Assembly (NCBI GenBank): GCA_963726195.1
Contig: CAVSBO010000017.1
Location: 47,331 to 111,330 of the forward strand
Direction of reading: 5' to 3'
Length of the DNA: 64,000 bases
Origin: Candidatus Thorarchaeota archaeon
GTDB taxonomy: Archaea; Asgardarchaeota; Thorarchaeia; Thorarchaeales; Thorarchaeaceae
Positions 1-11,000 of this stretch are shown here, piece by piece. How positions within the stretch are numbered: the stretch's first letter is position 1; each line of letters begins with the position of its first letter. Below the pieces are notes generated by a model. The model did not search any database, had not been told where the DNA came from, and was given only the letters and a program-made list of their open reading frames with translations. The translations under genes were made by a program, and so were the position numbers.

Positions 1-263
1 TCCTTACATGGTGAAGTCAGGAGCACTCCGCCCTTGGGCATCTCGGGCGCGGGCTTCGAGAATCCCTGAGCACCGCGGCTGGCAAGCAACTCAAACTCAG
101 TCTTCTGGCTAGAGTATTCAGGGAGAGAAAGAAGTGGACATAGATCGCGGGCGCAGTCACCCACTACGGCAGCCCGTGCAAAGCATGCGCATCTGACATA
201 GCCACAGAGACCGCAATCTATCTTGGGGGTCTTGTCCCATGCACGTGTCCAAACACTGCTCAT
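1..263 (-). CDS. Putative Fe-S cluster domain protein (5' part; runs off the window edge)
   Basis: Manual translation from ATG 263 (not in ORF track): MSSVWTRAWDKTPKIDCGLCGYVRCACFARAAVVGDCARDLCP..., a CxxCx4C...CP 4Fe-4S motif of the RnfB/CdhE N-terminal type; open to position 1. Confidence 0.75.
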   Translation of the reverse strand, partial: MSSVWTRAWDKTPKIDCGLCGYVRCACFARAAVVGDCARDLCPLLSLPEYSSQKTEFELLASRGAQGFSKPAPEMPKGGVLLTSPCK

Positions 264-369
264 TGAATAGAGCCTCGGTACTGACAGGAATGGGGACAAG
301 CAGTTTAAAGCTGCTCCCCTCGCCGTCCTGCGTCACGCTTATTAGCTCGCTCTTATCGAGCGCATTGGA

Positions 370-954
370 GTGTCATGGCATGGAGCGAATCCGAAGAGCG
401 CTCTGAAGTGGAATCAACGTTCGGATCTTGTCAAGACCGGTTTCTTGATGATTCTCGTGGTTGGCGCCACGTTTGGGGGATATGGGTTGTTCATGCTTGC
501 CATGGGAACGACGAGCCCACTTGTCGTGGTCACCAGCGAGTCAATGGAACCCACTTTGTATAGAGGTGACCTTGCGGTCATACAAGCAAGAGCTCCAGAC
601 CAAATTCACCTAGGTGACATTGTCGTATATCAGGACACTACATACATGCCCGGCACAGCGATTATCCACCGAGTGGTATCCATAGACGTCATCAACGGCA
701 CCTATTACTATGCAACCAAGGGTGACCACAACCCATCCGCAGATCCGGGTACTCGTACCTACAGCGAAATCGTGGGTGTCGTGATATTCGTCGTACCACA
801 GCTCGGAAACGTGAGCTTGTTTCTGAGAACACCACTGGGTTTGCTTCTCATTGTCGCGGTATTCCTAGCTATTCTCTTCGTGCCCGAAGCTGCCTGCAAG
901 AAGAAAGAAGACACAGTAGCCGAATCACAACCAACGAAACCTGGACAAAGCTAA
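370..954 (+). CDS. sec11: Signal peptidase I, archaeal/ER Sec11 type
   Basis: N-terminal TM, SESMEPT (catalytic Ser), IIHRVV (catalytic His), TKGDHN, C-terminal TM. Confidence 0.9.
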   Translation: MSWHGANPKSALKWNQRSDLVKTGFLMILVVGATFGGYGLFMLAMGTTSPLVVVTSESMEPTLYRGDLAVIQARAPDQIHLGDIVVYQDTTYMPGTAIIHRVVSIDVINGTYYYATKGDHNPSADPGTRTYSEIVGVVIFVVPQLGNVSLFLRTPLGLLLIVAVFLAILFVPEAACKKKEDTVAESQPTKPGQS

Positions 955-1004
955 CGTCCTACAAAAGAACGGAATCCTATAGCAACCACATTTCGTTTGC
1001 CCTA

Positions 1005-2646
1005 TCATCCGAATATCTGAGAGAGGTATTTCTCAAAGAGGTCGTGTTGTTCTGTGTCGAGCTTGCGGGCATTGGTATTTTCCACTAGCTCGGTTGCTGA
1101 CTGAGCATCGAGTCTCAGAGTCAATAGTCTGCTTCCCATCTCTGCAATGGCGGGCTCGAACTTCGCTCCTTTGGTCTCCGTGTGGGATTGAAATAAGTGC
1201 AACATCGGCCTCTCCTGCATCGAGCACGTCCTTCAAGCGTTTGACGGAGTAGAAAGCTGCAACACCTCCACTCCTGTCCCAGTCTTTCACATTCGGAATA
1301 TCGATGCATAGGCGTTGCTCCCGGTCAGCCTTCCGCAGGGCGATGACAACAGTCGCCTGCTTCTCCGAGCCAGCCTTCATCACATGCAGCCTTACGCTCA
1401 CTCCGGAGCCCTTGCCAGCAATTGTCAGAGCTTCAACCACAGCTCCCACTACAACAGCGGAAGTAAGCTTCACAATGCGGTCCGCCTGCGGCTCAATTTC
1501 GGTCTCCTTGGAAGAAAGGGTTGTCTCAAGAATCGACATTAGATTCCTTATTGCCTCGCGAGGAATACCGCGTGAAGAAACAAAGGCCTCATCCACATCC
1601 GACTGAGAGAACGGAAAAAGCGGATCGGGTGGAGCATCCACGTTCTGGGCCCTCCAGTATTCGCTCATTGTCGCCGCTATGTAGAGAGTGAAGTCTTCCT
1701 TGCTGAAGTGCCTCAGTTGAACCGGGCATTCCATTCTTGACCTCATTGGAGGGTCTGCAAGATTGTACACCCGTTCCCAGATGTCGCTTAGGCACGAGGC
1801 AACGATGACCACGTTCTTGAACTCGTTATAGATGCGTTTCAGTACCTCCAAAAAATGCCGCTCGCCTTGCTCCCCGTGTGTGTTGTAGGGAGCCTCCATT
1901 TCGTCGACAAACAGTACTATGGGCCGCTCGGAGCCTTCGGCCAGAAGCTTGAGTGTGGCGAGCGTCACGTCGTCATCTTCGAGAACCGTCCTCACTCCAA
2001 GCCTCGCGATTTCTTCCTCGCTCAGTGCATCACCAAATAGCCAACGACGAGCCAGGCCACGGTTTTGAGCATCGAGACGATATCGAAGCAGAGCCGTCAC
2101 GACATCGGAGGATATGCCAGGGTATTCGCCTGAGAGCCGGTCCAATGCGTAGTTGATGTCGTACAATTCATGGGTAACGCCCTTTACTCCTCCAAACTTC
2201 GCAACCAGCATGTCCACTGCTTCATCAAATAGTGACTCCCCAGCCTCATCAACGATGCAAGCATGAAGGTGAAGCGGCACTCGGACAGGTGCAGGAGGTG
2301 AGGGAACATACACTGCGAGGTACTTGCTGTTCGCGAAGTAGGTCTCTTCGCGGTCCTTGATGACCCAGAACAGGTGAGTCTTTCCCATGCCCGCCCCGGC
2401 AAGAACGGGCTGGAACCGAGGCATCTTGTCACTGATGGTGAATCGTATCGCCCGCATGATTGCTCTGTCCGCGGCTTCGTGTGGCGCCGGGATGTCCACG
2501 GAATCTCGCGTATCGCCTCGACAGACGTATCGCTTCATGGGCGGGTCTTCTCTCAAGATGTCAAGATAATTGTCCGTCTCGAGTGGTCCTTCCAACTTGA
2601 CCGAGTTTTCCTCTAGCAATGGGTGTAATCCTCCAGCACTCTGCAA
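1005..2646 (-). CDS. P-loop AAA+-like ATPase with C-terminal domain of unknown function; +1 frameshift near 1184
   Basis: Walker A AGAGMGKT, Walker B LFVDEME. The C-terminus continues in ORF 1005..1220 (TETKGAKFEPAIAEMG...LSQIFG). Confidence 0.7.
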
Positions 2647-2848
2647 TAATACGGAGAACCATTCGGATTATGAAATTAGTATAACCCACGGGATACGCTG
2701 CAGGCCAACTAGTGAGAGGCCCAATCGCGAAATTGGCCCCAATTGTGGGGATCAGGTTCTGACTGCTCAAGCAAGAGCATCACCCATACCAGCATGATTA
2801 TGTAATGAGTTGCCACGTGAGTAGAACAGTCTCTTATGGTGGCCACAA

Positions 2849-3283
2849 ATGAAGCTCACTATTGACGTTCTCAAGCAAACCATCGATACGCTGCACATTG
2901 GCATTGTGCTCGTTGACAATGACGACAAGATTGTACTCTTCAATCGCGTTGCCGGTGAGATGTTGAAACAGGACCCAGCCAGCAGAATAGGGACATCAAT
3001 ATACAGATGCCATGCTGAAGTGTCGGAGCCCGCTGTCAAAAAGATGCTTACCGAGATTAGGTCCGGCGCTCTCAAGTACTATGAAGGGTGGGTAAACTAC
3101 CTCGGCCGGATGCTGTACGAGTATATCTATCCGGTTCGCAACGAGAAAGGAGAATGCGTTCTCGTTCTGGAGGAACTGCACGACGCCGCTGAGAAAGCGG
3201 AGTACCTCAAGACAACAGGTGAGTGGAAAGACGTTCACGTTTCGGGCGTGGGTGTCAAGGCTCCCCGAGGTCCCAGACCTTAG
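2849..3283 (+). CDS. Stand-alone PAS domain protein
   Basis: IDTLHIGIVLVDNDDKIVLFNRVAGEM...RIGTSIYRCH...YIYPVRNEKGECV is a PAS signature. Confidence 0.8.
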   Translation: MKLTIDVLKQTIDTLHIGIVLVDNDDKIVLFNRVAGEMLKQDPASRIGTSIYRCHAEVSEPAVKKMLTEIRSGALKYYEGWVNYLGRMLYEYIYPVRNEKGECVLVLEELHDAAEKAEYLKTTGEWKDVHVSGVGVKAPRGPRP

Positions 3284-3413
3284 AATCGTGCACATCTGAC
3301 GGCATGACCGCAATCGGGCATAGCGAAGGCTTGAAATACCGAACGAAACCAGCCGCCGACAGTCCAAACATGCTAGGCGTCACAAGAGACGCCGAAGGAC
3401 AGGGGTGACTTGA

Positions 3414-4604
3414 ATGGGTCGGGACCCGACTGGTTGGATGAAGCAAGAATACGACAAACTCGTGCAAGATCATTTGGATTGGAAAATCAGAGAGCTGCAA
3501 GGACCTTCTGCACCAAAGTCGAAAGTCGATGGTGTCGATGTCATCATGCTCTGCAGCAACAACTACCTCAACTTGAGCAATCACCCGAAGCTCAAGGAGG
3601 CGGCCATCAAAGCGATACAGACCCACGGTGTTGGATCAGGCTCCGTCAGAGCTATTGCCGGGACGATGGATCTTCACTTGGAGCTCGAAAGGCGCCTAGC
3701 GAAGTTCAAGGGTGCAGAGGCATCCCTGACCTACAGTGCAGGGTTCACTGCAAACGAGGGTCTCATTCCCACACTGGTTGATGAAGGAGACGTAATCGTC
3801 TCTGATGAGTTGAACCACGGAAGCATAATTGATGGAGTCAGACTAACGAAGGCCAAGCGCTTTGTCTACAAGCACCGCGACGTGGCTGACCTCGAACGAG
3901 TTCTGACTGACGTTGAGAAGGAGAATCCAAGGAGGATACTGATTATCACCGATGGTGTGTTCAGCATGGATGGCGACATCGCACCATTGGACAAGATTGT
4001 GAAAGCCGGGCAACCTCACGGTGCCATGATTTACGTTGATGATGCCCATGGCGAAGCCGTCCTCGGGAAGGGCGGGCGTGGAATAGTCTCCCACTTCAAC
4101 CTCACACACAAGGATGTCCAGTTTGAAATGGGCACATTCAGCAAGGCATTCGGTGTAATGGGCGGCCATGTATCTGGCAGTAGGGACATGGTGAATTATG
4201 CGTTGAACAAGAGCCGGTCTTGGCTTCTGAGCGCATCACACCCGCCGGCCACAGCCGCATCGTGCATTGCTGCAATTGACGTGCTTGAGACTGAAGAGAA
4301 ATGGGTGAAGACGCTCTGGGAGAATCGTGAGTATTTCGTCAAGCGTCTTACAAAGATGGGCTACAACATTGGCAACAGCCAGACGCCAATCGTTCCTGCC
4401 ATGGTGGGCGATAGCGCAAAGGCAGTTGACCTGAGTGCCGGTCTTTACAAAGAAGGCATCTTGGCACTTCCAATTGTGTTCCCAATGGTCCCTCGTGACA
4501 AAGCTAGAATCCGGAACATGATGAACTCCGGTCTTACCAAGCCCCAGCTTGACCAAGCACTCGCAGCCTACGAAAAAGTCGGCAAGCAGCTTCACATCAT
4601 TTAG
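3414..4604 (+). CDS. kbl: Glycine C-acetyltransferase / 8-amino-7-oxononanoate synthase family (PLP)
   Basis: CSNNYL, GSGSVR, SDELNHGSIIDG, DGVFSMDGD, DDAHG, GTFSKAFG. Confidence 0.88.
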   Translation: MGRDPTGWMKQEYDKLVQDHLDWKIRELQGPSAPKSKVDGVDVIMLCSNNYLNLSNHPKLKEAAIKAIQTHGVGSGSVRAIAGTMDLHLELERRLAKFKGAEASLTYSAGFTANEGLIPTLVDEGDVIVSDELNHGSIIDGVRLTKAKRFVYKHRDVADLERVLTDVEKENPRRILIITDGVFSMDGDIAPLDKIVKAGQPHGAMIYVDDAHGEAVLGKGGRGIVSHFNLTHKDVQFEMGTFSKAFGVMGGHVSGSRDMVNYALNKSRSWLLSASHPPATAASCIAAIDVLETEEKWVKTLWENREYFVKRLTKMGYNIGNSQTPIVPAMVGDSAKAVDLSAGLYKEGILALPIVFPMVPRDKARIRNMMNSGLTKPQLDQALAAYEKVGKQLHII

Positions 4605-4773
4605 GCGATTACGTTCCAGAGGTTGGATTAGACATCCACGCCTCTGGAGCCTCTCTCTTTTTTCCGCGATTGTTCTCCTCCACCTAGTCGCTCCGATGAA
4701 TGCGAGCTGGTCCGAGACGTGCTTCAGAACCGTTGAGGCCAATCCTTATTCTCGCTCGCGCCAATGTATTCAT

Positions 4774-5016
4774 ATGTCGAAAGCATCTGAGGCGCAGAAG
4801 GACCTCACATTTGAGATGGTATTACTCCAGGCCGCAAAGACAGGCGTGAACCTGAGACTCTATGGCAACCAGATGTGCATCATCGCAGAAGGGCAAGTTG
4901 CATTCGTGGGGAAGGGAATCGTGGCTCTTCGGCACCGAAAGGACAAGGATCCCGACGAGTTTGTCAAGATTGACAGCATACTCAAGGTGCAGGAGCTGCC
5001 AGAACAACGCTACTAA
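4774..5016 (+). CDS. Small hypothetical protein (80 aa)
   Basis: ATG 4774 within ORF 4549..5016; natural composition; fills the intergenic gap. Confidence 0.6.
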   Translation: MSKASEAQKDLTFEMVLLQAAKTGVNLRLYGNQMCIIAEGQVAFVGKGIVALRHRKDKDPDEFVKIDSILKVQELPEQRY

Positions 5017-5077
5017 GAGGCCTTCCATAGCTCGCTCACAGACGCACACAAGCCAACAGTCCCGCGTGACAATCGCA

Positions 5078-5653
5078 CTAGGTTTCTTCTGCCAAGACGG
5101 CTCTTATGATGGAAGTAGCTGTTCTTCCGAGTGCCGTGACAACAAGCAGAGCAAGAAATGCCAGAATGAATCCTCCAAGTGAAATCACAAAAGCGAAGAA
5201 ACTCAGAGAAGTCATCGCAAGCGCTGCGAAATAGTATTTGTATACGAGCCAGTAGCCATACATGCCTATGATTAGGAGAAGCCCGATAGCAAGCCCGTAG
5301 ATCACTATGACCGTCTTGACTCGACGCTTCCTGAGGTCTACTGAATCAATCCCGTCGCCCATTACTGCCCGGCCTAGGCGGCGGTTGACTCTTACGAAGA
5401 AACCAATTGCCGCCAAGAAAATGAATAATGTGACCATAGAGCCCAACAGCAAGAGGAACACGGCGATATCTACTTCGATCAGATTGATGAGCCCGGAATG
5501 ACTAATGTAGTACGCGACAAGGGAACCCAGCATTGCAATTGCAGACACTATTTCTACAACCAGGGCAATAGCCGCAGTTCCTCTGAAGAGTGACCCCACA
5601 TCAATAGGTTCGGGTTTGCGGGCAGACTGACCAGTCGCGTCGCTATCGTTCAT
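5078..5653 (-). CDS. Hypothetical 4-TM membrane protein
   Basis: Four hydrophobic segments; GGAG-like SD before ATG 5653. Confidence 0.75.
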   Translation of the reverse strand: MNDSDATGQSARKPEPIDVGSLFRGTAAIALVVEIVSAIAMLGSLVAYYISHSGLINLIEVDIAVFLLLLGSMVTLFIFLAAIGFFVRVNRRLGRAVMGDGIDSVDLRKRRVKTVIVIYGLAIGLLLIIGMYGYWLVYKYYFAALAMTSLSFFAFVISLGGFILAFLALLVVTALGRTATSIIRAVLAEET

Positions 5654-5860
5654 CTCTCCTCTCACCACACTTTGTCGGAAATTGCGGACTCTGTCCTGTA
5701 ACATAGGAACTGATTATTCTCAAAAAGCCTTGTCGGTGACAAATACCACGAGTCAGCCAACCTGCCACCGAAGCCAATATGTACTGCGACTGATGCCGGA
5801 GGGCGACACCGCAACTGTCTAAAACCACGAACATTCTCATGTTGGGAGAGTCTGGAGGCA

Positions 5861-6523
5861 ATGGCACAGAAGATTCCGTGTCGGGCCGTCATTTTCGACT
5901 TTGACGGTACACTAGCCGACAGCATGCCTTTCCTGGAACGGATTGGTGTTCAAGTCATGATGGAGCACTATCCCGTATCCCTTGAAGAAGCGACCAACCA
6001 GTATCGGTCCACAACTGGACTGCCCTATGAACAACAGATTAAGCTGAACTTCCCGAATGATGAGCGCAACGAGGCCGCAATATCTGAGTTCGAGAAGCTC
6101 AAAATCGATTGCATATTCGACCAAGAGCTATTCCCCGACACCGAGTCCACCCTCAAAAGAATCAAGGGCATGGGAATAGACGTGTTCGTATCCTCTTCAA
6201 CATTCCAGTCAACAATAGAGGAGTACTTCAGAACGAAGGGTCTTGCCGGCGTCTTCGTTGAGATACTTGGTTACAGGCCAGGCTTTGAAAAGGGCGCGCA
6301 CCACTTCAATCATGTAAAAACGAAGTACGGTATACCTCTCGATGAAGTTGTCTTTGTGGGAGACTCTTTGAAGGACTATGAGAGGTCCCGGGGCTACTGC
6401 AAGTTCATAGCCATGGAGAGGATGTTCACCCGACAAGACTTCAGAAAGGCGGGTCATGCCGGACCAGTGGTTAAGCAGCTATCTCAGGTCCCACCTTTGC
6501 TCAGGACCCTAAGCCCTGCCTGA
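5861..6523 (+). CDS. HAD-superfamily hydrolase
   Basis: FDFDGTL motif I, VSSS motif II, VGDSLKD motif IV; GGAGG SD. Confidence 0.9.
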   Translation: MAQKIPCRAVIFDFDGTLADSMPFLERIGVQVMMEHYPVSLEEATNQYRSTTGLPYEQQIKLNFPNDERNEAAISEFEKLKIDCIFDQELFPDTESTLKRIKGMGIDVFVSSSTFQSTIEEYFRTKGLAGVFVEILGYRPGFEKGAHHFNHVKTKYGIPLDEVVFVGDSLKDYERSRGYCKFIAMERMFTRQDFRKAGHAGPVVKQLSQVPPLLRTLSPA

Positions 6524-6630
6524 TTGAAGAAGCTCCTTCTTCTGCCAATCTCCGTATGGCCTATGCGTCAAGTCCATATGCGCCAAGTAGGCCGTCAGCT
6601 TCGCCTTCATCGGGCCGGAGCGTACCAAAC

Positions 6631-7383
6631 ATGCCATTGATTAGCATAACTTACGAAACTAAAGACGGACTCAAGAATGCAGTCAGCTTCGAAACCGATA
6701 GAACTGCCCTCCACGTCGATGGAATTGGCGTCGCTTCGATTGACTTGGCACCGTTGTCTTCTTGCTCCAGAATTCACACGGTTGATCTCTCTTCGAATGC
6801 ATTGCGTAACATTGACTTGACACCGTTGGCTTCATGCAGAAAGATAGAACGGCTCTTTCTTGGCGGCAATAGACTGCAGACCGTAGAACTTGGCCCTCTC
6901 TCCTCATGCCCGAAACTCGAGGTGTTGGAGTTGTCGGATAACATTCTGCAATCCCTTGAACTCGCCCCTCTCAGCCAGTGCGAATCCTTGGACACAATCG
7001 ATGTCTCTAGGAACACGTTACAGAAAGTGGACCTCTCACCACTAGCGAAATGCGCCAGTCTGAAGTCCGTTCAACTCTCTGACAATCAACTGAAGTCAAT
7101 CGACCTCGGGCCACTATCCGCTTGCACGTTGCTGGAGGACCTCGATTTGGGAGGGAATCAAATTCAGGAGCTCAACCTTTCACCCCTGTCATCCTGCAAG
7201 GCCCTGCGCACAGTAGACCTCGCTAAGAATAAGCTGCGCAATCTGGACCTCACGCCAATCCTGGCCTGCACAAAACTCGCAAGACTTGACCTGAGAGACA
7301 ACATTCTACAGGACTTGGACGTAAGCCCGTTATCCGGAATGACGGAACTCAAGATAATGGGTCTCAGGAGAAAACGGACCTAG
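6631..7383 (+). CDS. Leucine-rich repeat protein (about 10 x 22-aa repeats)
   Basis: Repeat LDLxPLSxCxxLxxLDLSxNxLxx; upstream ATG 6556 also possible. Confidence 0.9.
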   Translation: MPLISITYETKDGLKNAVSFETDRTALHVDGIGVASIDLAPLSSCSRIHTVDLSSNALRNIDLTPLASCRKIERLFLGGNRLQTVELGPLSSCPKLEVLELSDNILQSLELAPLSQCESLDTIDVSRNTLQKVDLSPLAKCASLKSVQLSDNQLKSIDLGPLSACTLLEDLDLGGNQIQELNLSPLSSCKALRTVDLAKNKLRNLDLTPILACTKLARLDLRDNILQDLDVSPLSGMTELKIMGLRRKRT

Positions 7384-7479
7384 TATTCCCGAGGCCATGC
7401 AATCGTATCAGACATACTCAGTAGGCAACAGAAATCAGATAGATTCTATTCTGAATTGGTCAACACCGATCACTGTGTT

Positions 7480-8445
7480 TCATGATTCGGGCTTCGGCTT
7501 CACAAGCACTGGACTCGTGGTGACACTGTTCATCTTTTCGAGGGCGTTCCTAATACGAGGGACCAGTTTCGCAGGCACTGTGATCTTGTTTTCTTCTGGC
7601 AGATACTCAAGCACGCGCACGATTTTCTCCAGACTGTTCTTCTTCATTTGCTGACATCTCGCTCCGTTGTACGCAGGGATGATTATCTTGTCCGGGTGCG
7701 CGGCTTGCAGTTGCTCGACCAGACCGATCTCAGTGGCGAGAATGAACTCCTTGGCTGGCGATTCAGCAACTGTCTTCACCATCATTCCTGTGGAGCCGAC
7801 CATGTCAGATGCCTCTTGAACTTCCAACGGACATTCAGGGTGGGCAATGATGACAGCATTCGGATGCTCCTCTCTCAACAGCTCAATCTGGGCCACGTCA
7901 AACTGTTGGTGAACGTAGCAATGCCCTTTGGGCTCAATGTCAATGACTTTTACATTCGTCTTCCTACGAACATGCTCAGCCAAGTTCTTGTCTGGTCCAA
8001 ATAGAACAGTATCAACACCGAGGTTCTGAATTACCTCCACCGCATTTCCAGATGTGCAGATTACATCACACTCAGCCTTGGTCTCAGCATCCGTGTTCAC
8101 ATAAACAACCACCGGAACACCGGGGTACTTCTTTCTTACCACACGTATCTTTTTAGGCGTCACGTAGCCAGCGAGCGGACAAAACGTGTCGGGTGCGGGA
8201 ATATAGACAGGAACGCCATTCGAGAGAACTGCTGCCATCTCGGCCATGAATCGCACACCCGCGAAGACAATCATATCATGCCCTTTGTCAGAGGCGCACT
8301 TTTTCGCCAGCTGAAGAGAGTCACCCACAAAGTCAGCTACCTGCTGAATCTCCAACGGTTGGTAGTTGTGTGCCACAAGGAGCGCGTTTCTCTTCTTCTT
8401 GAGCTCGATGACTTTGCTTTGGAGTTCCTTTATGTCGGCACCCAC
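7480..8445 (-). CDS. nadA: Quinolinate synthase A
   Basis: AHNYQ, GDSLQLA, GVRFMAE, YVNT, CTSGNA, CYVH, AHPEC. Confidence 0.95.
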   Translation of the reverse strand: MGADIKELQSKVIELKKKRNALLVAHNYQPLEIQQVADFVGDSLQLAKKCASDKGHDMIVFAGVRFMAEMAAVLSNGVPVYIPAPDTFCPLAGYVTPKKIRVVRKKYPGVPVVVYVNTDAETKAECDVICTSGNAVEVIQNLGVDTVLFGPDKNLAEHVRRKTNVKVIDIEPKGHCYVHQQFDVAQIELLREEHPNAVIIAHPECPLEVQEASDMVGSTGMMVKTVAESPAKEFILATEIGLVEQLQAAHPDKIIIPAYNGARCQQMKKNSLEKIVRVLEYLPEENKITVPAKLVPRIRNALEKMNSVTTSPVLVKPKPES

Positions 8446-8840
8446 AACAGCTCACCATTGTCTACTTGTCAAATCCGCTATTAACAGAAGCTCATTGGGC
8501 AAAGCTCGTTATCGGTGGCAGCCGATGGCAACGATTGCATGCTTCCAAATTCACATCGCATTGAACGCCGACACTGCTTGGAGGCCAATCGCGCGAATCG
8601 AGCACCATCCTTGTGTTGAAAGCTCTAAATATAAAGGGCAGCTCATGCAGAAGGACATAACAGGCGAGACCGTGTTGCTCTTGAGGACCATTAGGTATAC
8701 ACTCACTCTCCTTGTGTCTGAGGGCATAGTCTCGAAGCAGTTGTCCTTCAGGGATAGTCGGCAAGGTCTTTACAGAGTAAACAACGATACGCAAGACTCG
8801 AGCTGGCATTCAAAGCAAACTGTGAGTCCGTGATTCCAAG

Positions 8841-10982
8841 ATGAGCACGAAAGTCAAAACACCGCAAATTGACAACAAGCTGATTGCAGGAGCGTTCACG
8901 AAGGCCGCTTCCGATGTTGCCAATGTAGCACGTGGCAAAACCATCGGCGAAGGCAAAGGTCTCTTTGGTGAACCTCGGGAGCTCCTCGTCTTTGAGATGG
9001 CTCGTGCGTCAGGAGTGAAGCAAGACTTGCTGCCGCTCGGAGCCAAGGCACATGAGCGGCTGTTGGCAATCTTTAGGGATAATCTGCCTGACGCAGAGCG
9101 ACCTGGAATTCAAGAGAGTTCGACGCTATGCCTTTATGGACTCGTTCTGAACAACTACGATGAGGAGGACTTCAGGTATCTCTACCGGTACCTCCTCTAC
9201 AACTGGAAGGACCAAGAGCAGTGTGAGAAATGGGCACACAAAGCTCTCGTGTTTCTTGGATTGGTAAAGAACCTGTCAGATAGAGAGCTGTTCCAAGATA
9301 TCGTTGACTGGATGAGGTTTCTCGGCACGCCGTCATGGAACCCGACCGTCTTTGTGAGCGCATGTGCTGAATTCGGCGTTGACATTTCCTCCATCATGTC
9401 GGAGGACGACATGAGGTTCATCGACAGCATCAGGCGTCGCCCTCAGTACCTCGAAGAAGCAGTGACGGGCAAGACCTATCATGAGGCGCGTGTTGCATCC
9501 CGAGACTGGGTTCCAGATAGCATGTCCTCCAAGATGCTTGCTATTTATCAGAAGCGGGCATATGAAGACGCACAACGAAGAATCGCAAAAGACGAGAGCA
9601 TACAACAGTCCTTCGAATCTGTAAGAACGTCATTCGAACAATCCAAGTTTCTCAGCGACGATGGTACACCATTGCCAGTCCGGCTTCAGGAATTGCCTGC
9701 ACCCCCGATGGCGGAAGCAATAGACCCGACTGTGTTTGAGCTCATTCCACAGAAACTGAGAGTCGATCTGCTCTCATCTGTGGCGTATTCCACTCGGACC
9801 AAGAGCATTGAGATTATCTTCATAGGTGGGCCTCGAATAGGACGCAGTGGCATCATCATCAAGACGGACACTGGCGGAGTCCTCCTCGACTTCGGTTTGT
9901 CTGTCGCCAACCAAAAGGTGCCAGAATGGGTGCCCGAGCTGGAAATGATTGACAGTGTCATCATATCACATGCGCACCTCGACCATGTTGGGGGGCTTCC
10001 TATTCTCTACGAACACTATGATGGAAAATGGTGCTCTGCTGGTGTCACCGGTGCAATCAGCATGGCATTGCTCGAAGACGCAATGAGTCTGGGCTCAGGG
10101 GAATTCTCCAGAAAGGACGACAGACACGAGGACATGATGCAGTTCAGTTCGGCGACGAGTTTGACCAAGGTATCAAAGAACCACGTTCGCCTTGAGATTG
10201 GTAAGAGTGCTGAAGTGGGCCCCGGCATCGTCGTCACACCGATTGATGCCTGTCACATCCCGGGGAGCGCAGCCTACCTTCTCGATATCGAGGGGGTAAG
10301 GCTTCTCTACACTGGCGATTTCAATACCGACCAGTCGATCCTGTTTCCGGGCTCAAACCTACCGGTAGACAGTAGGGTGACAATGCTAGACGGAACCTAT
10401 TGGGGTCGCGAGGACTTCAATCGTCCTAAGGTAGCGGAGACCATCACAGATGTCGTGAACAAGCATGGTCCCGTAATTATTCCAAGTTTCGCGGTAGGCC
10501 GCTCCCAAGAAGTGCTTATGATGTTGGAAGCGCTTGGCGTGACTCAAAGAAGAAACGTAATCGTTTCAGGTCTCGCGGAACGTGTGACCAAGCTGGTCGG
10601 GCTTACGGGTCACTGGCAAGCAATGAGAAAGAACAAAACTGTGCTTGAGAAGGAGGACATCTTGGTTGCTGGTGGAGGGATGCTTGGCGGCGGACTCGCT
10701 AGGCAGCACTTCAGAGAACAATGCAACAATCCTGACGCGGCGGTAATATTGTGCGGATACCTCGCCCCGAGGACTCCGGGCTGGAATCTCCTCAAGGGGT
10801 ATGAACCTCACCAATGTAAAGTAGAGTACGCCCGGCTCAGCGCTCACTCCTCGGCAAGCAAACTGGAGAAATATGTCAATTCGTGTACTGGACAAAGGAT
10901 AATGGTGCATACGCCGGCTAAGACAGCTCCTGACGGGGTCACCATACCGGATTACAGAACGAGAGTTGTGATTGCCACCTAG
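8841..10982 (+). CDS. beta-CASP metallo-beta-lactamase ribonuclease with ~320-aa N-terminal domain of unknown function
   Basis: LLDFG, SHAHLDH, HIPGS, YTGDF, DGTY, IPSFAVGRSQE, GGGMLGGG, GYLAPRTPG, LSAH. Confidence 0.85.
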   Translation: MSTKVKTPQIDNKLIAGAFTKAASDVANVARGKTIGEGKGLFGEPRELLVFEMARASGVKQDLLPLGAKAHERLLAIFRDNLPDAERPGIQESSTLCLYGLVLNNYDEEDFRYLYRYLLYNWKDQEQCEKWAHKALVFLGLVKNLSDRELFQDIVDWMRFLGTPSWNPTVFVSACAEFGVDISSIMSEDDMRFIDSIRRRPQYLEEAVTGKTYHEARVASRDWVPDSMSSKMLAIYQKRAYEDAQRRIAKDESIQQSFESVRTSFEQSKFLSDDGTPLPVRLQELPAPPMAEAIDPTVFELIPQKLRVDLLSSVAYSTRTKSIEIIFIGGPRIGRSGIIIKTDTGGVLLDFGLSVANQKVPEWVPELEMIDSVIISHAHLDHVGGLPILYEHYDGKWCSAGVTGAISMALLEDAMSLGSGEFSRKDDRHEDMMQFSSATSLTKVSKNHVRLEIGKSAEVGPGIVVTPIDACHIPGSAAYLLDIEGVRLLYTGDFNTDQSILFPGSNLPVDSRVTMLDGTYWGREDFNRPKVAETITDVVNKHGPVIIPSFAVGRSQEVLMMLEALGVTQRRNVIVSGLAERVTKLVGLTGHWQAMRKNKTVLEKEDILVAGGGMLGGGLARQHFREQCNNPDAAVILCGYLAPRTPGWNLLKGYEPHQCKVEYARLSAHSSASKLEKYVNSCTGQRIMVHTPAKTAPDGVTIPDYRTRVVIAT

Positions 10983-11000
10983 ATGTTGTTTCTATATTCT

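Noticed and set aside
6631-7383. LRR protein as a novel system
   Set aside because: Stand-alone LRR of a type common in Asgard genomes, with no informative neighbours
8446-8840. ORFs 8492..8809 (-) and 8366..8833 (+) in the nadA / beta-CASP divergent gap
   Set aside because: No recognisable motifs; more likely promoter region
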